From assembly GCF_001194135.2 (NCBI RefSeq), contig NC_068991.1:9476982-9540981 (forward strand): a DNA stretch of 64,000 bases, in the 5' to 3' direction. Position 1 is the stretch's first letter. Every line of letters begins with the position of its first letter. The notes beneath the pieces were generated by a model that saw only the letters and a program-made list of their open reading frames with translations, made no database searches and was not told where the DNA came from. The translations under genes were made by a program, and so were the position numbers. Shown piece by piece: positions 25,453 to 39,459 of this stretch. Source of the stretch: Octopus bimaculoides (lineage: Eukaryota).

Positions 25453-28400
25453 NNNNNNNNNNCTTATTTTTGCCTACCAGCCAGATTGACATTTGAAAAG
25501 GACATACTACAAGTTAAAAATTGGAAAAATGTTTAATAGTTTTAAAAGGGCTAGTCTTTGTTGATCTAAAATATCATCTGGAATGTTTTTCAATTAAAAA
25601 AAAAAAGCAGTTTGTGGCTAGTTTAAGTAAAGAAGGGTAGCATCTGTGACCTTTTCCCAGAGTTGCTGGTACTGGTAGGAGGGAAGGAACAAGTTATCTT
25701 CAGACCAAAGAACTGACCCCCCCCCCTCCCAAATCTTTACAAAAGAGTGGGCTTCACTAACGGTGCCTAAGAGCTACTTAGTGGTGTTAAAGCAGGCAAC
25801 GGATTAAGCCTACCTTTTGTAACTAGTTGCTCCAGACTCCCACATAGTTTGTGTTTGCTGAAATGTCACTCTCAAAGCTTGGTTGAAACCATAGGGAAAG
25901 GATGATTTAAACTCAATTGCAATGTGATCAAACTGAAAAACCTGTAGTTGCAAAGTTAACTTCTTAACCACACAGCCGTTTCTGCACCCATATACTCCAG
26001 AGAAAAGATCTCCAATATTAATTTCCTACATTGGAACAAGATCAGGAATTTGTAGGGAAAGAATATTAATCAATTGAATTAACCATCACCCCCACCCACC
26101 TGGTGCATTACTAATTCTCATTTCATCAGCAAAGAGAGATAAAAAATGGCTAGCCCCAGCAAGACTTGATTTTGAGATGTAATTAAATATTATAAAGCAT
26201 ATTATCTGCTATTTGACCATTTCTGCTCCCCATTATTTTCATATTGATAAAATAATTCGAACGAAGCAAATTCTGGTCCATAGTTATTTACACAGTTCCA
26301 ATATTTTTTAATTTGTTAGTGTTGAAACACTCCTTGCAGCCAATGAAACCAACTTTGTTGATATCCTCAAAGGATATACTGGAGTTGTTTTTATTTTACT
26401 GTTTTACATCCATTTATCTTTTTTTCTGACTGGCAATCAATCTTATCAATCTCACCCAATCCCATTGAGGTGGACTAATCCCATTGAAGTCAACTTTGTC
26501 TTTCACACTTCTGGGATTGGTTAAGTACCTGTCTAGGATTTTGCACTGGTGAAATGATTAATGCATTGGCTGGGATGCTTTGCAGTATATGTTCTGGCTC
26601 TTTACAGTCTAAGTTCAAATCCCACAGTGGCCTACTTAGGTGGGTGACTTAATCTAGTCCATGGTTTAGCACCCCCACCCCCACCACCTATATTGTCCAG
26701 TGGAATTGACTCTGTTGCAAGCATTCAGGCCTGGTCTTCACTTAAATAGCCCCATTTGAGCGTGATCGTTACCAGTGTCGCCTTACTGGCACTTGTGCCG
26801 GTGGCACGTTAGAAAATCATTCGAGGGAGGTTGTTGCTAGTGCCGCTGGACTGGCTCCTGTGCAGGTGGCATGTTAAAAACACTATTTTGAGCGTGGCTG
26901 TTGCCAGTACCGTGTGACTGGCCCTCACGCCGGTGGTACATAAAAGCACCCACTACACTCTTGGAGTGGTTGGCGTTAGGAAGGGCACCCAGCTGTAGAA
27001 ACTCTGCCAGATCAGATTGGTGCCTGGTGCAGCCATCCGGTTCACCAGNNNNNNNNNNNNNNNNNNNNNNNNNNNNNNNNNNNNNNNNNNNNNNNNNNNN
27101 NNNNNNNNNNNNNNNNNNNNNNNNNNNNNNNNNNNNNNNNNNNNNNNNNNNNNNNNNNNNNNNNNNNNNNNNNNNNNNNNNNNNNNNNNNNNNNNNNNNN
27201 NNNNNNNNNNNNNNNNNNNNNNNNNNNNNNNNNNNNNNNNNAATTAATGCATTATAATAGAACTAAAATGAAAACAAAATATCTCCTGCTGTTGAATCAT
27301 CCTCACATTCTATTTCTCATTTGAAAAACCTCCTACTTCAGCATTATTCCTCTTAATGGCAGTGAACAAACATATGAGTAAATACGAACTATTGTTATTG
27401 TTGAGTATTTAATTAAATCCATTTGCATTTTCAGTTTAAATTTCACTGGAGCCGACTTTGCTTTTTTTTTTTTTTAAATTTTTTTTTTTAATAAATTATA
27501 AATTCAGTAAAATAATTATCAGTCAAGTGTTGGCATTGATTTAATCTGCTGTTCTCTGTCCCAATATCTATGACCTTGGGCTGTAGATGGCAACCAACAA
27601 TTTGTGAGACTAAACACCTCCATTACTTCAATGGCCTCTGCTCCTCAGAATTAGCTATTTGCATATTAGCATCTGACTCATTTATTTCTCTTCCTTGCTA
27701 CCAGTTCTGTTTTTTTTCTCCTGCCAGTATTGTCACCAATCAAAGGCGGTGAGCTGGCAGAATCGTTAGCACGCCGGGCGAAATGCTTAGCAGTATTTTG
27801 TCTCTCTACATTCTGAGTTCAAATTCCGCCGAGGTCAACTTTGCCTTTCATCCTTTCGGGGTCGATAAATTAAGTACCAGTTGCATACTGGAGTCGATCT
27901 AATCAACTGGCTCCCTCCCCCAAAACTTTGGGCCTTGTGCCTAGAGTTGAAAAGAATATATGCACCAATCACTACCTTATACTTTTTTTAGTCCTTGTAC
28001 TATGCATGGCCATGTTGGGGCACCACCTTCAAGGGTTTAGTCAAACTCCCCTCCCCCTCAATACTTAAAAAAAAAAAATTCTGGTACTTATTCTCAATCT
28101 CTTTAGTCAGACTACTAAATTACAGGGTCGTAAACAACCCAACACCAGTTGTCAAGTGGTGGGGTACAAAGACCTGCATGCATGCACACAGCTTCTGTTT
28201 ACTAAATTCCTTCACAAGGCATTGGTTGATCCGGGATTATAGCAAAAGACACTTGCCCAAGATGCTGCACTGAGGGACTGAACCTGAAACCATGTGGTTG
28301 CAAAGCAAACTTCTTAACCACACAGCCATGCCTTTCCAATCTTACCTCTGTGTTTTTTTTCCTCCTCTTTAGGCGTCAACTTGGAGCTATCTGGTCTCAT

Positions 28401-30539
28401 ACATTCCTTCTACACAGGAATTCCCATCCCTCTCATCTCTGCTCCTCCTCATCACCCTTGTTGTGTTCCAACACCCCAAGCCCTGAATTGCTCACTAAAT
28501 TCAGTCTTTCTTTCTCAGAATTTGGTACCTTGGAATTCTCTCCTTGCTCATATTCTTGCATGTGTTGGCTTACAAAGGTTCAGCAGGAAAAATGAACGGC
28601 ATTAATATCACCAGTTTAGTAGAGTCTTGCAAAGATCATAGATGCTGTCCCTCCTGTCTGACCCTGCAAGTTATGGAAGAAGATTTTGGACAAAGTGTTT
28701 AGTACAGCCTGGGTGAAGGAAAGCTGCAGATAGTGATGGAAGAATACATTGAATAAAGCTCAGATAGAGATGGAGTTATTAGTTCAGTCTGAGAACCAGA
28801 AGCCAATGCTATCATTTCATTTAACATATTAAGATGGCAATTGGTATATGTTTTATTCAGACATATTTAGTAGGACTGTAGGTCCTTTATACTAGAGTAA
28901 TACCACTGAGATTATAAGCAGTGTGTTATTATTATTATTATTATTATTATAAAAAATCCCTTCCATTCTCAATAGAATCACTTCAGTGTAGAAACTGTTG
29001 ATGTAGGAGTTGGTCTTATATAAATTTCATTTAGCTATAGGTCGCTGTCAAAATGAATTTAGCCTATTTTTGGTTGACTAGTTAGCTGAAAGATACAAAT
29101 CTGATATTTCTTGGTCAGTTGGAATGGTTAACAACATTTTTTTTTAATGCTTCACCATTAAAAAATATTGATTTTACTAGCAATTCATAGTTAATGATAT
29201 GCCTAGAGGGAAATTTATGAACGTCAAGGTATGTATTGCAAACAAATCACCCAACCAGTTCATGTAGTAATATAAATTACTACATGAAACTTTTCACTTA
29301 AGGCTTTTATATTTTTGTCATTAAATTTCTATACAGTGATTGAATATTTAAATGCCTTTATCTTTCGTTTTCTTTTACAGATATGCAGATTTTGTTGGCA
29401 TAGAATAAGAACAGATGAAAATGGGTTGTGTCCTGCATGTAGGAAGGTATGTTGCTCTCTTTCTCTCTGTAAAACTAAACTGTCATTAGCAGTGTTCACC
29501 TAATCATTGATTTACTTGATTTCCTTGCTGCTACTACTTTGGTTAAAGACAGCAATAAATTGATTGTGACCAGTGCCAGACAAGTGTCAACTCTGACCAA
29601 TTAATTACTTTGGCACTTAGTGATAAAGTCCTCTACTACGTTCTATATTGGAAGGTTGTTGACTCTTATTTATTTCTAACATTCTATTAGCTGTTAACAA
29701 CCTGAGTATAATCATTGAAACAACCTGGTTTCATTGAGTCTTGTTTCAAAAACAAATTCTTTGTTATTTCTAGTCCAGTTTCTTTGCTGCTTTGACATTA
29801 TTTATGAGGCTAAATGAGTTCTTTAATCCTTTAGCATTTAAACCGGCCATATCCAGCTTAAATATTCTACATGTGTTACATTCAAGCCAGCTATGTCTTG
29901 CCTATCAAACCTAAGAGGTGAGTGGGTTAGGGTATTGGACTCATAATTGTAAGATTGTGGTTTCGATTCCTGGACCAGATGACGCATTGTCTTTGAGTAA
30001 AAAAACTTCATTTCACGTTGCTCCAGTACACTCAGCTGGCAAAAATGAGTAATCCTGTGGTGGACCAGGCACATCAGTGTATCTCTGGGTAAGGGGACTT
30101 AATTTTATATCTATCTATCGCGGGTGTTATGTTCCAAAACCCCCGCAGTAGCTGAAAATCCACAAAGTAGAAACAGTCCGCTTTCCATGATGGCATGGGT
30201 TGGACGGTTTGACTGAGGACTAGCGAGCCAGATGGCTGCACCTGGCTCCAATCTGATCTGGCAAGGTTTCTCCAGCTGGATGCCCTTCCTAATGCCAACC
30301 ACTCCAAGAGTGTAGTGGGTGTTTTTTACGTGCCACTGGCACAAGGGCCAGTCAGGAGGTACTGGCAACGGCCACGCTCAAATGGTGTTTTTTACGTGCC
30401 ACCACGGCACTGACAACGGCCTCGCTCGAATGTTGTTCACATGCCACTATAAATGCAGAACAACACCACAGAGGAATTGACATAAGTTTAGATAATAAAC
30501 CATGATAGGTGAACCGTGATATGGCAAGCAAGGGATTAC

Positions 30540-30581
<42 letters not shown>

Positions 30582-31077
30582 AGAAGAAGGGCAGGGAATC
30601 GTCAATTAGTAATAGAATTAATAATTAACAATTTTGCCAAGTAGTTCAGTATGAAAAAAACCTTTATCGGTAAAATCATTTATCATCGTAANNNNNNNNN
30701 NNNNNNNNNNNNNNNNNNNNNNNNNNNNNNNNNNNNNNNNNNNNNNNNNNNNNNNNNNNNNNNNNNNNNNNNNNNNNNNNNNNNNNNNNNNNNNNNNNNN
30801 NNNNNNNNNNNNNNNNNNNNNNNNNNNNNNNNNNNNNNNNNNNNNNNNNNNNNNNNNNNNNNNNNNNNNNNNNNNNNNNNNNNNNNNNNNNNNNNNNNNN
30901 NNNNNNNNNNNNNNNNNNNNNNNNNNNNNTTTATGTAATTGACTAGCGCTTAGTCCAGGGAAAGATTTCCTTCACCTCAGCTTTAAAGAAATTAGATTAA
31001 TGTTATGGACTCTTTAAATGCTTACTGTTTTGATTTTCTGATTTTCTTTCTCTCTTTAATGTGTGTGTGTGTGTGTG

Positions 31078-31122
<45 letters not shown>

Positions 31123-34100
31123 AGATTTATTAAATGCATACCAAACTTCAAAATCTTATTTCAGCAATACCCTGAAGACCCTGCAGAATTCAAACCACTC
31201 ACAGAGGATGAGTAAGTAATGTTCAGAATTATGGAATATTTATTGATGATAAAAAATTTCAAGAGAATTGTATAAATCTTTATTCACCTGTATTGTTACA
31301 ATTGCCAGCGATGGGTTGGTTACCCTTAAAGTATACTCTCTCTCTCTATCTCTCTTGATCTGGAATCAAATGATGGAAAACTTCTATTTTGACATTGAAA
31401 TATAAAAAGATTGATCTAAGACCACTGTCTTAGTGTCTCCCTATTTAGGATGGAATTCTTGTTTGGAAGAATTTCAAATGGAAATTACCAATCGGAATGA
31501 AATGTTTGTACATAAGGAGCTCAATAAAGTTGTTCGGAATTTCCATGGTGTTTTGTCGAGAGATAATTGCTAAGATAGCTTAGAGGTTATGTGAGAAGCT
31601 ATTGACTAAAGCATTTCTAGAAACGGCATTGTACTGATGTTGTATACTGCATTGACTGTTGGCTACCCTAATACTTAAACATCTTTCTTGAAGAGTTTAC
31701 TCTAACATTTAAGATTTGTGTTTATTTTATTTTCACATGGCTTTTTACGTATTTGCTTATGTGCCTACATTGGACACCACTTGGTTTCCAAGGCAGATGA
31801 AATAATTTTACTATTGTAACTTTAATTTCAAGTACTGTAGACATTTCAGTTGTTCATAAAGGTTTATTTAGATATATTTAGCTAGCCTGAAATTTTCATT
31901 TTAGGTATTTTCCCTCGTGTTTGTTTAAAAATCACAGATTATGTTTTTTTAATTATTTAAACCATTTTTTTTTTATATTGTGAATCAAAATTATTTTAGA
32001 CACCATTACTTTAATCTTCGTAGAGCATCAATCTCAAAATAAGAGTTGCGGATATCTATATCCTTTGTGTGTGTGTGTGTGTTCTGATAGAGAAAATGTC
32101 ACCACACCCAACAATCCTAACTAACCTACTTTATGTTAGCACTATGCAATGGTAGCAAAAGTGGCTTGATTAGTTGATTGTCCTAACTTTTAAGACAATC
32201 ATGTTAATTAAGGCAATTTATTTTATCATAGCAGTCTTTCAAAATGCCATTTACTTTTCATTGTTATGATCATAAAAATAGCAATAGATGGAAACTTTCT
32301 AAGCCATTGATATTTCTTGACACTGCACAACGAAAACCCTTTCTGAGTCATTTTGAAATTTTCAGCATTTAAAAAAAAAATGGCTTCAAATAAATAGCAA
32401 AGTGACTCTAGAGAAACACAGCTAGACTGACTATAGACATGCATTTTGAATGGATTGCTTTGCATCTTGGGCAAGTATCTTCTACAATATCTGGGGGCTA
32501 GCCAAACTGGATTTGCAAAATGAAAATTGAAAGAAACTGATTGGGTTTTTTTTTCTCTTTTTTTTTTTGTTTTGGTGTTTCCTTGTCATTGCATGGTAGA
32601 TGTAAGCTTGCATCATCATCATCATCATCATCCTCGTGGTGTCATTCATTTTTTCAGTCTGCTTAGAAGGAAATATTACCTTGCTTGGAAACCAGTGAGG
32701 ACTGGCAACTGGAAAGGGCATTCACTCACAGAAAGATAGAAAAATGTGCTTCAGCATTTCTGTGTCTGATGCATCCAAGCGTGGTAAAAAGTTCAGTAAA
32801 ACAATAATGAATATTGGCTAGATTAAAAAAAAAAAAACAAAAAAAAAACCCATTGCAAGTTGATAGTGTATCCATGATAGATGAAAGAGGGTCAGAAAGA
32901 AGTAAAGTCATCCAAAGCACTCATAAATAATAATTTGAGACTTTTTGTTTTTTAATAGACTTCTACCTAAATGATTATTATTACTTACTATTTCTACCTG
33001 AATAATTGCTGCAGCAGAAATGTCTTCAATATCTTTTTTCGATCCAAAGTTAGTGATGTAAATAGGTAAATACATTTGCTGGTTATTTACTACAGCTTCT
33101 CTAACCTTCAATGAGATAGATTTACAATTTCACTACTGCAGTTATGCAGTGGAAACTGTGAGTAGTTTTTATTCAGTACATTTATTTCTATAATTTTCTT
33201 TGTAAAAAAACTGGTTAATTTGATAATATTGATTTCTAACTTGAGCACAAAGCCAAAAATTTCAAGAGGTTCTGTAGATCAAATTTGACATTGGTAGTAA
33301 ACATGTATTTAATCATGTTTGAAAGGCTGAAAGGTAAAGTTGACTTTGGTAGGAATTGCCGTGTGGTACTTATGTCTTTTTATTTCTATGAACAATGTTG
33401 ATGTCATATTACAAGTTCTTCAATTCAGCTTGGTTTCTGTTCTCAGTTGTTTCTTCTTAACTCACACAATTTGAAATTGTATCAACATCAGAGCTATCTA
33501 GTTTTCTTTCTCTGTTATTAAAATTCATGCTTAATGAAATTATTTTCGTAATGTTTTAGAACATAACCTTAAGATTTTACTAGTCAAGTAAGTTTCCTAC
33601 AATATTTCTTGCCAAATAATTGTTACAAGATAGGAAGGAACTCCATCTCGAAATGGTTGCTTGTATGTTCTAACCAGGCTCTATATTTTTAATGGGCATA
33701 CATGCATGTGATGTATAAATTTGTGGTTGATACAATAGGTTTATATTAGCCCCTTAGCATTGATACAATAGGCTTATATTGTTTATATTGGCTCCTTAGC
33801 ATTTAAAACATTTCATATAGAAGAGAAAAGAAATCTTTCCATCATTGTACATGTTGATTTTGCTGTCTGATGTTTTATTTTAAGTATTTACAATGCAGAA
33901 TCTTGTCCTGTAGATTACATAGGATAAAGAAAGAAAAGAGACAGAAAGATCTACAGAGGAAGCAGAAAGCAGCTGAAAACAGAAAACATTTAGCAAATGT
34001 TAGGTAGGTCTGTCAGTTGTTTTTTTTTAAGGTTCTTTTTAAATGTTGTAGTGTTTGCTTGGAAGTTTGGAGTAAATGAGAAAAACCGTTGAAGGTTCAG

Positions 34101-37100
34101 TTAAGTAAGGAGTTAATTTGGCTGATGATAATGGTACCAATGCGAAGCTAAAACAAGAACAAATGGTAACTGCATTCTTTGATGTGACAATTATATCTGA
34201 CTAAGAAAGCTTTGTTCCTTTGTCAACAGAATCTTGAATGTGTTGGCACTTTATACTCTGACCTTATTTCCTCAACTCCCTTTTACTAGTGCCCATCTTT
34301 TCAGCAATATTTTCAATTCAAGAACTACTTACTCTTGTAAATCAAATCTATCATGTCAATTATGTAGTAAACCAATGAAGAAAAAGAAAAAAAGACAATG
34401 TCCATGTGAACTAAAACTGCTGGAAGATTGCTTTTTTTTTTTGTGATGTTAGAAGGCTTGTTTTTACCATTTTAAGTGTAACAAATCTGAACCAAAGCAC
34501 TGAAGATTAACCCAAAATGTTTCAATGAAAAAAATCATGTCCAAATTTCTTTAATTTGAATTTAGTTTTTTTTTCTTCTTTATATCATTCCTCTATGCTT
34601 TATTAATTTCAAAAATTTATTTTTTGAAATTACTACTTAAAATGTATATTTCTAGGCAATGTTTTAAATGTGATGATTTTATTATATGTGAAACATGTAT
34701 TTTCAGAAACTAATACAATTTTAACTAAACCAGAAGTCCTATCCTGGTTAACCAGGGACAAAGCAGTGAGATTTTGATAATTCTGTTATGATAGTTCTGC
34801 TGTAAATGATAGCATCACCAATGTTGAATTTTTATTTTTGAGATATTGTTACTGAGTTTGATTTGAAAAAAAAAAAAAAAGTTTTCCTTTTCTTATTTCT
34901 AATGTTTTATTGCTGTTGATAAAGCCATTCCTTTGTTTTAGATCTAGTTGTAATAAAAAATTCTTTGGCTGATGATTCAACTACTGATTTCTTAATTACA
35001 CTGTTTAAAACAAGAGGAAATATCAAATCGTGATCTTCATTCCCCCTTTGAAGGGGATTTACGATGTAACAGAAATGGTTCTGTTAAGGAAAACTACATT
35101 GTGGATTTGGTTTGCCTATAACATTCCTCCTCACTAAGACAGATTTTAAAACTATACAATCATAATGACTGTAATTGAAAGTTTTTTTTTTTAACCTGTC
35201 AAAGATTAGGTTTTGATTTTTGAGCGTCTAAATCCATTTTAGAGAATTTTTGTAAAGGAACTCTTAGTAGTGTTACACAAAAGTAACAAAATAAAAATAC
35301 AGACGAAATATTAATTCTATATTAAATAGTTTTACTTTAAAAAAAGCTGGTTTTCTTAAAAATTTTCCCTTATTAATTATAGCAAGATTTTCCAAGCTGC
35401 AGAGTAGTATAGTAATTTTCCTATGGACATCATTTTGAAAATGCAGATATCTAATTTTTTAGTATGTTTTTAATGTTTATATTTTTGTTTTCATTTCAGA
35501 GTTGTTCAAAAAAATCTTGTTTTTGTTGTGGGTCTATCTCAAAGGTTAGCAGAACCTGACGTATTAAAAAAGCATGAATATTTTGGTAAATTTGGAAAGA
35601 TCCACAAAGTTGTCATTAATCAAAGCACATCTTATGCAGGGGCCCAGGTATGTTTTAATTTACATATTATATACACATTTTATTTCAAATGTTTGTTGCT
35701 ACTGTTCTATCTAGACATGCTTGCATGTGTACAAGGTGTAGTACTAAATAAATAGACTGGTGTTTGTCAGTTCTTCAGTTTATTTTTTTAAAGCTATTAT
35801 AGTGATGGCCATGCTAGAGCACAACCTGTGTAGATAGCTATTAGTAGGCTTATATTAAAGTTATATATTTCTCACTTAATTCTTCTTGACTGAGATTCTA
35901 TTACAAGGAAATATTAGGATTCATTGCAGGGGGATTTCCTGATTATAGAACTTACATGGACAAGTTAATATACATCATCAGTGCTAACATTACGTACTTA
36001 AGGTGCAATTCAAGCATTGATTTTGCATCTAGGTAGCTACAAGGATTTTAACTGGAAATGAAACTTCTCCTTTACATTGTTTCCCTTCTTAAAAAGGATA
36101 CATTTTTAATTGTAACTTGGTATGGCTGTGACAAAGGGTCATCGGAAGCTTCAGTGAAAAGGTGTTCTCTCACTTTCAGAGAGTCACAAAGCTGCATAAT
36201 GTTTAGTAACTGAATATCAAAAATATTAACCAAATGGACAGTAGAAAGTATTTTGTTATTATCAAGAGGTTAAAAAAGATACAGTAAGATATCAGCACAT
36301 TAGGTTTCCCAAACATGTTTCGACATGTATTGCCAACCTTTCTAACTAATTACATTACCAATCATAAATGTTTTATATTTGATTTCTGTAAGTGAAACAA
36401 AATGGTTAGAGTTTAAAACTGAAATAGTTGTGAGATAACTTTCTTTATGCTTTACTTCTGTCGATGTACAGAGAACCTATCTTTTGAGATTGATGTGTTA
36501 TTTCTGTTTATTGCAGGGTCCAAGTGCCAGTGCATATGTAACATACAACAGATCTGAAGATGCTCTGAAAGCTATTTTAGCAGTCAATAACGTTCATGTA
36601 GATGGTCGGACACTGAAAGCATCACTGGGCACAACAAAGTACTGCAGTCACTTTCTCAAAGGAGCGCAATGTCCTAAATCAGTAAGTCACGGTGTTTAAA
36701 CAGGCCAAATGTTTCATGCTTCTCTATGTTTGGAGCTTGCTGAGGAGGCAATCTTGAGGCGGGATGGAAGGTTTACAATCTTGAGTTGGAAGACATTTGC
36801 TAAATATTTATTTCAGTTCAGTATCTCATGGTTTCCTCTGCCGAGACATATTGAGCCAGTGTGGCAGAGTAGGCTCATCAAACCATTATGATCTCAAGCT
36901 CAAATGCACAGCCACTACATCAGACCATGGTTGGTGGAGAGAACATGCTGAGGCCCTTGTCCTGCTGTAGACTGAACATGGACAATCCAATCCAGTCCAA
37001 TCCCGTGGTTATCTGACTTAAGAATTAAAATACTTCACCTACACTTCCCTGTCTAAATTGAGTCAACGAAGAAGCCTCAGAAAGCTATAGTCATTTGATC

Positions 37101-39427
37101 TGTTAAAGGTAGCAACCATATCAACAGGAAATTGCAATCTATTGCCCTTAAAAGAGGATTGGATAATATAATCCCATCTACATTATTGAAAAAAAAAGAA
37201 AAAAAGAAATGTGAAGTGCTAAACGAGTACTTCACTTTTCTCAACTTTATCCTCTACCTGGGCTCCTGAGCAAAAAAAATAGTTGCTTATACAGTTCAAG
37301 AGTAACAATTTCAGGAAAACAAATGGACAGAATTGGCTGCATCTTCTTTTTCTGTGCGTGTTGTTCATTATCACTTTACCAGGAATCTGGCAGAGATGAC
37401 ATTTAACCTGTTCCCACTATAGTGAGAATATGGCATTACAGGGTTAAAATTCAAAGATTTTACCAGTCTAACTTGAACTCGTCACTTCATATTGGTCAGT
37501 GTTATATGCTCACCTTAATGACATTTTCCTTTCTTTCTCTCCTTGCAGGATTGTATGTATTTACATGAGTTAGGGGAAGAGGCAGCAAGTTTTACAAAAG
37601 AAGAAATGCAAATGGGGTAAGTCAATCATTTGATGTAACTCTTCAATCTAATTACATCAATTTTTAAATGTAGAGCAGCTTTACTTCATTGTAGTCATCA
37701 TTTAAAGATGTTTTGGGTATTCACTTTTCCTTTCATTTTTCTTTTTATTGTAATTAGTGTAAAAAGAAACATTGTAATTTTACTTTCTCCTTTTTTTTTT
37801 CCACTCTTCAGTAAACATCAAGAATATGAACAGAAATTGTTAGAACAGTTTATGAATTCCCAAAACTTAGCAAATAACCACGTAACATCCAGTAAAACTA
37901 TAACTTCAAGGTAAGTCATCTTCATTTCTAAAACTCTGTTATGAATACCAGATACATTTCATATTACTGCAAAAGCTGGACATAACTGATGTTTAAATTA
38001 TTTGTCCTGTTAGTGAGTTAAAACTGGATTTCCAAAGTATTTCAACTGAATAATTTTGAATAGATTATGCTTACAATATTCCTACTTATTTTACACTTAA
38101 ACCTTTCCTTACCATATTTCTGTTGAAATATTCTCCTTTTGCTTCAATTTATTTTTAAAATAATTAAGAAATTAGCACAGTTTTGTCACTAAGTTGGTAC
38201 TTGAAACTTAAATGAACATGAAACCTTGATGGAAGGTTTGAATTTAGATCACTTTAAAACAGGATATTTGTGTCCTAGAACCAGGGGCAGTCTCTGGTGG
38301 GTTGGTAACAAAAGGGTTAAGGTAGTTTCTGTTATGTTTCAGTATTGAACTGCTCTATTTTGATGGATACAGGAAAATAAGTAGGGCTTTTAAACAGCTA
38401 GATGTGTGGACCCCTTGTACAATTAAAATCAGAATGTTTCATAATTTTGATTGCTATTATTTGATAATTTTGGTTTATCAACGTAAATTCGAGATGTCAT
38501 TCTTACTGGCCAAGGAAATGTTTGAAATCTCTGAATATGATTAGAATTGCTGAGATGTGATTGTTTTTGTTCAGTTTTCTGCTTTTCACAGTGTCCAAGA
38601 ATGAATGAAGAAAATGTGAGCTTATATCCTTTTCCATTCATCTGCATTCTGCATTTGGTCCAACATCGGTTTTGTGATATATCAGCCTAGTTCTGTTTAT
38701 CCAAGGATTCTATGGACGCTCTTCAGGGATGGTGCCAATCACTTGAAAAAAAATGAAGGCTTTTGGCCACTTGTTTTAATGTATTACAGTGGACAAGACT
38801 AACTTCATTTCAAACAGATCAAAGCATTCTCTTACCTCTGACGAGGGCTTTGAGCTGTGATTTTTATACAACTGATTCATTTAATCATGATATTACTATT
38901 TCATGTGTTTATTTAAACCTTGTGTTATCACTTTTCTGTTGAAATACACTGCTTTTGTTTTAGTTAATTTTGAAAATAATGAAAAATTTAGTAAAATGAT
39001 TTTGTCATTCTTGATGTTTGGAACACAAATTAACATGGAATTTTGAGGGACGGTTTTAGCTCATCTAAATCATGAAGTTTATATTATAGGGCTATTGGCG
39101 GTCTCAGGTGAGCTGGTATTAAAATGAGTCAAATCTTTGATATTCATCTATAAATTTGGTCTTGTTAGTGTAAGGAACATAATCCAGTTTATATAGCATG
39201 ATTTAATCTCTCCAAATATATGCTCTATGTACAGACCTAGCCAACCCACTCTGTTTGAAATTAGAAATCAGTATGGAAATGAAGTTGCTAATATATATGT
39301 TTGTTTATTTTTAAGTAGGAAAAAATCCTCGTCACCTGTCACAGTTGAACAGTCATCTCCACCCCAACAGTCAACACTACTCCAGCAAACAACAGAACTG
39401 CAGTTCCTCTCAACAGGGTCCTCTTCC

Positions 39428-39459
<32 letters not shown>

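Noticed and set aside
38830-38865. CTGACGA-GGGC-TTTGA-GCT, possible decayed hammerhead
   Set aside because: No GAAA and no stems I or III.
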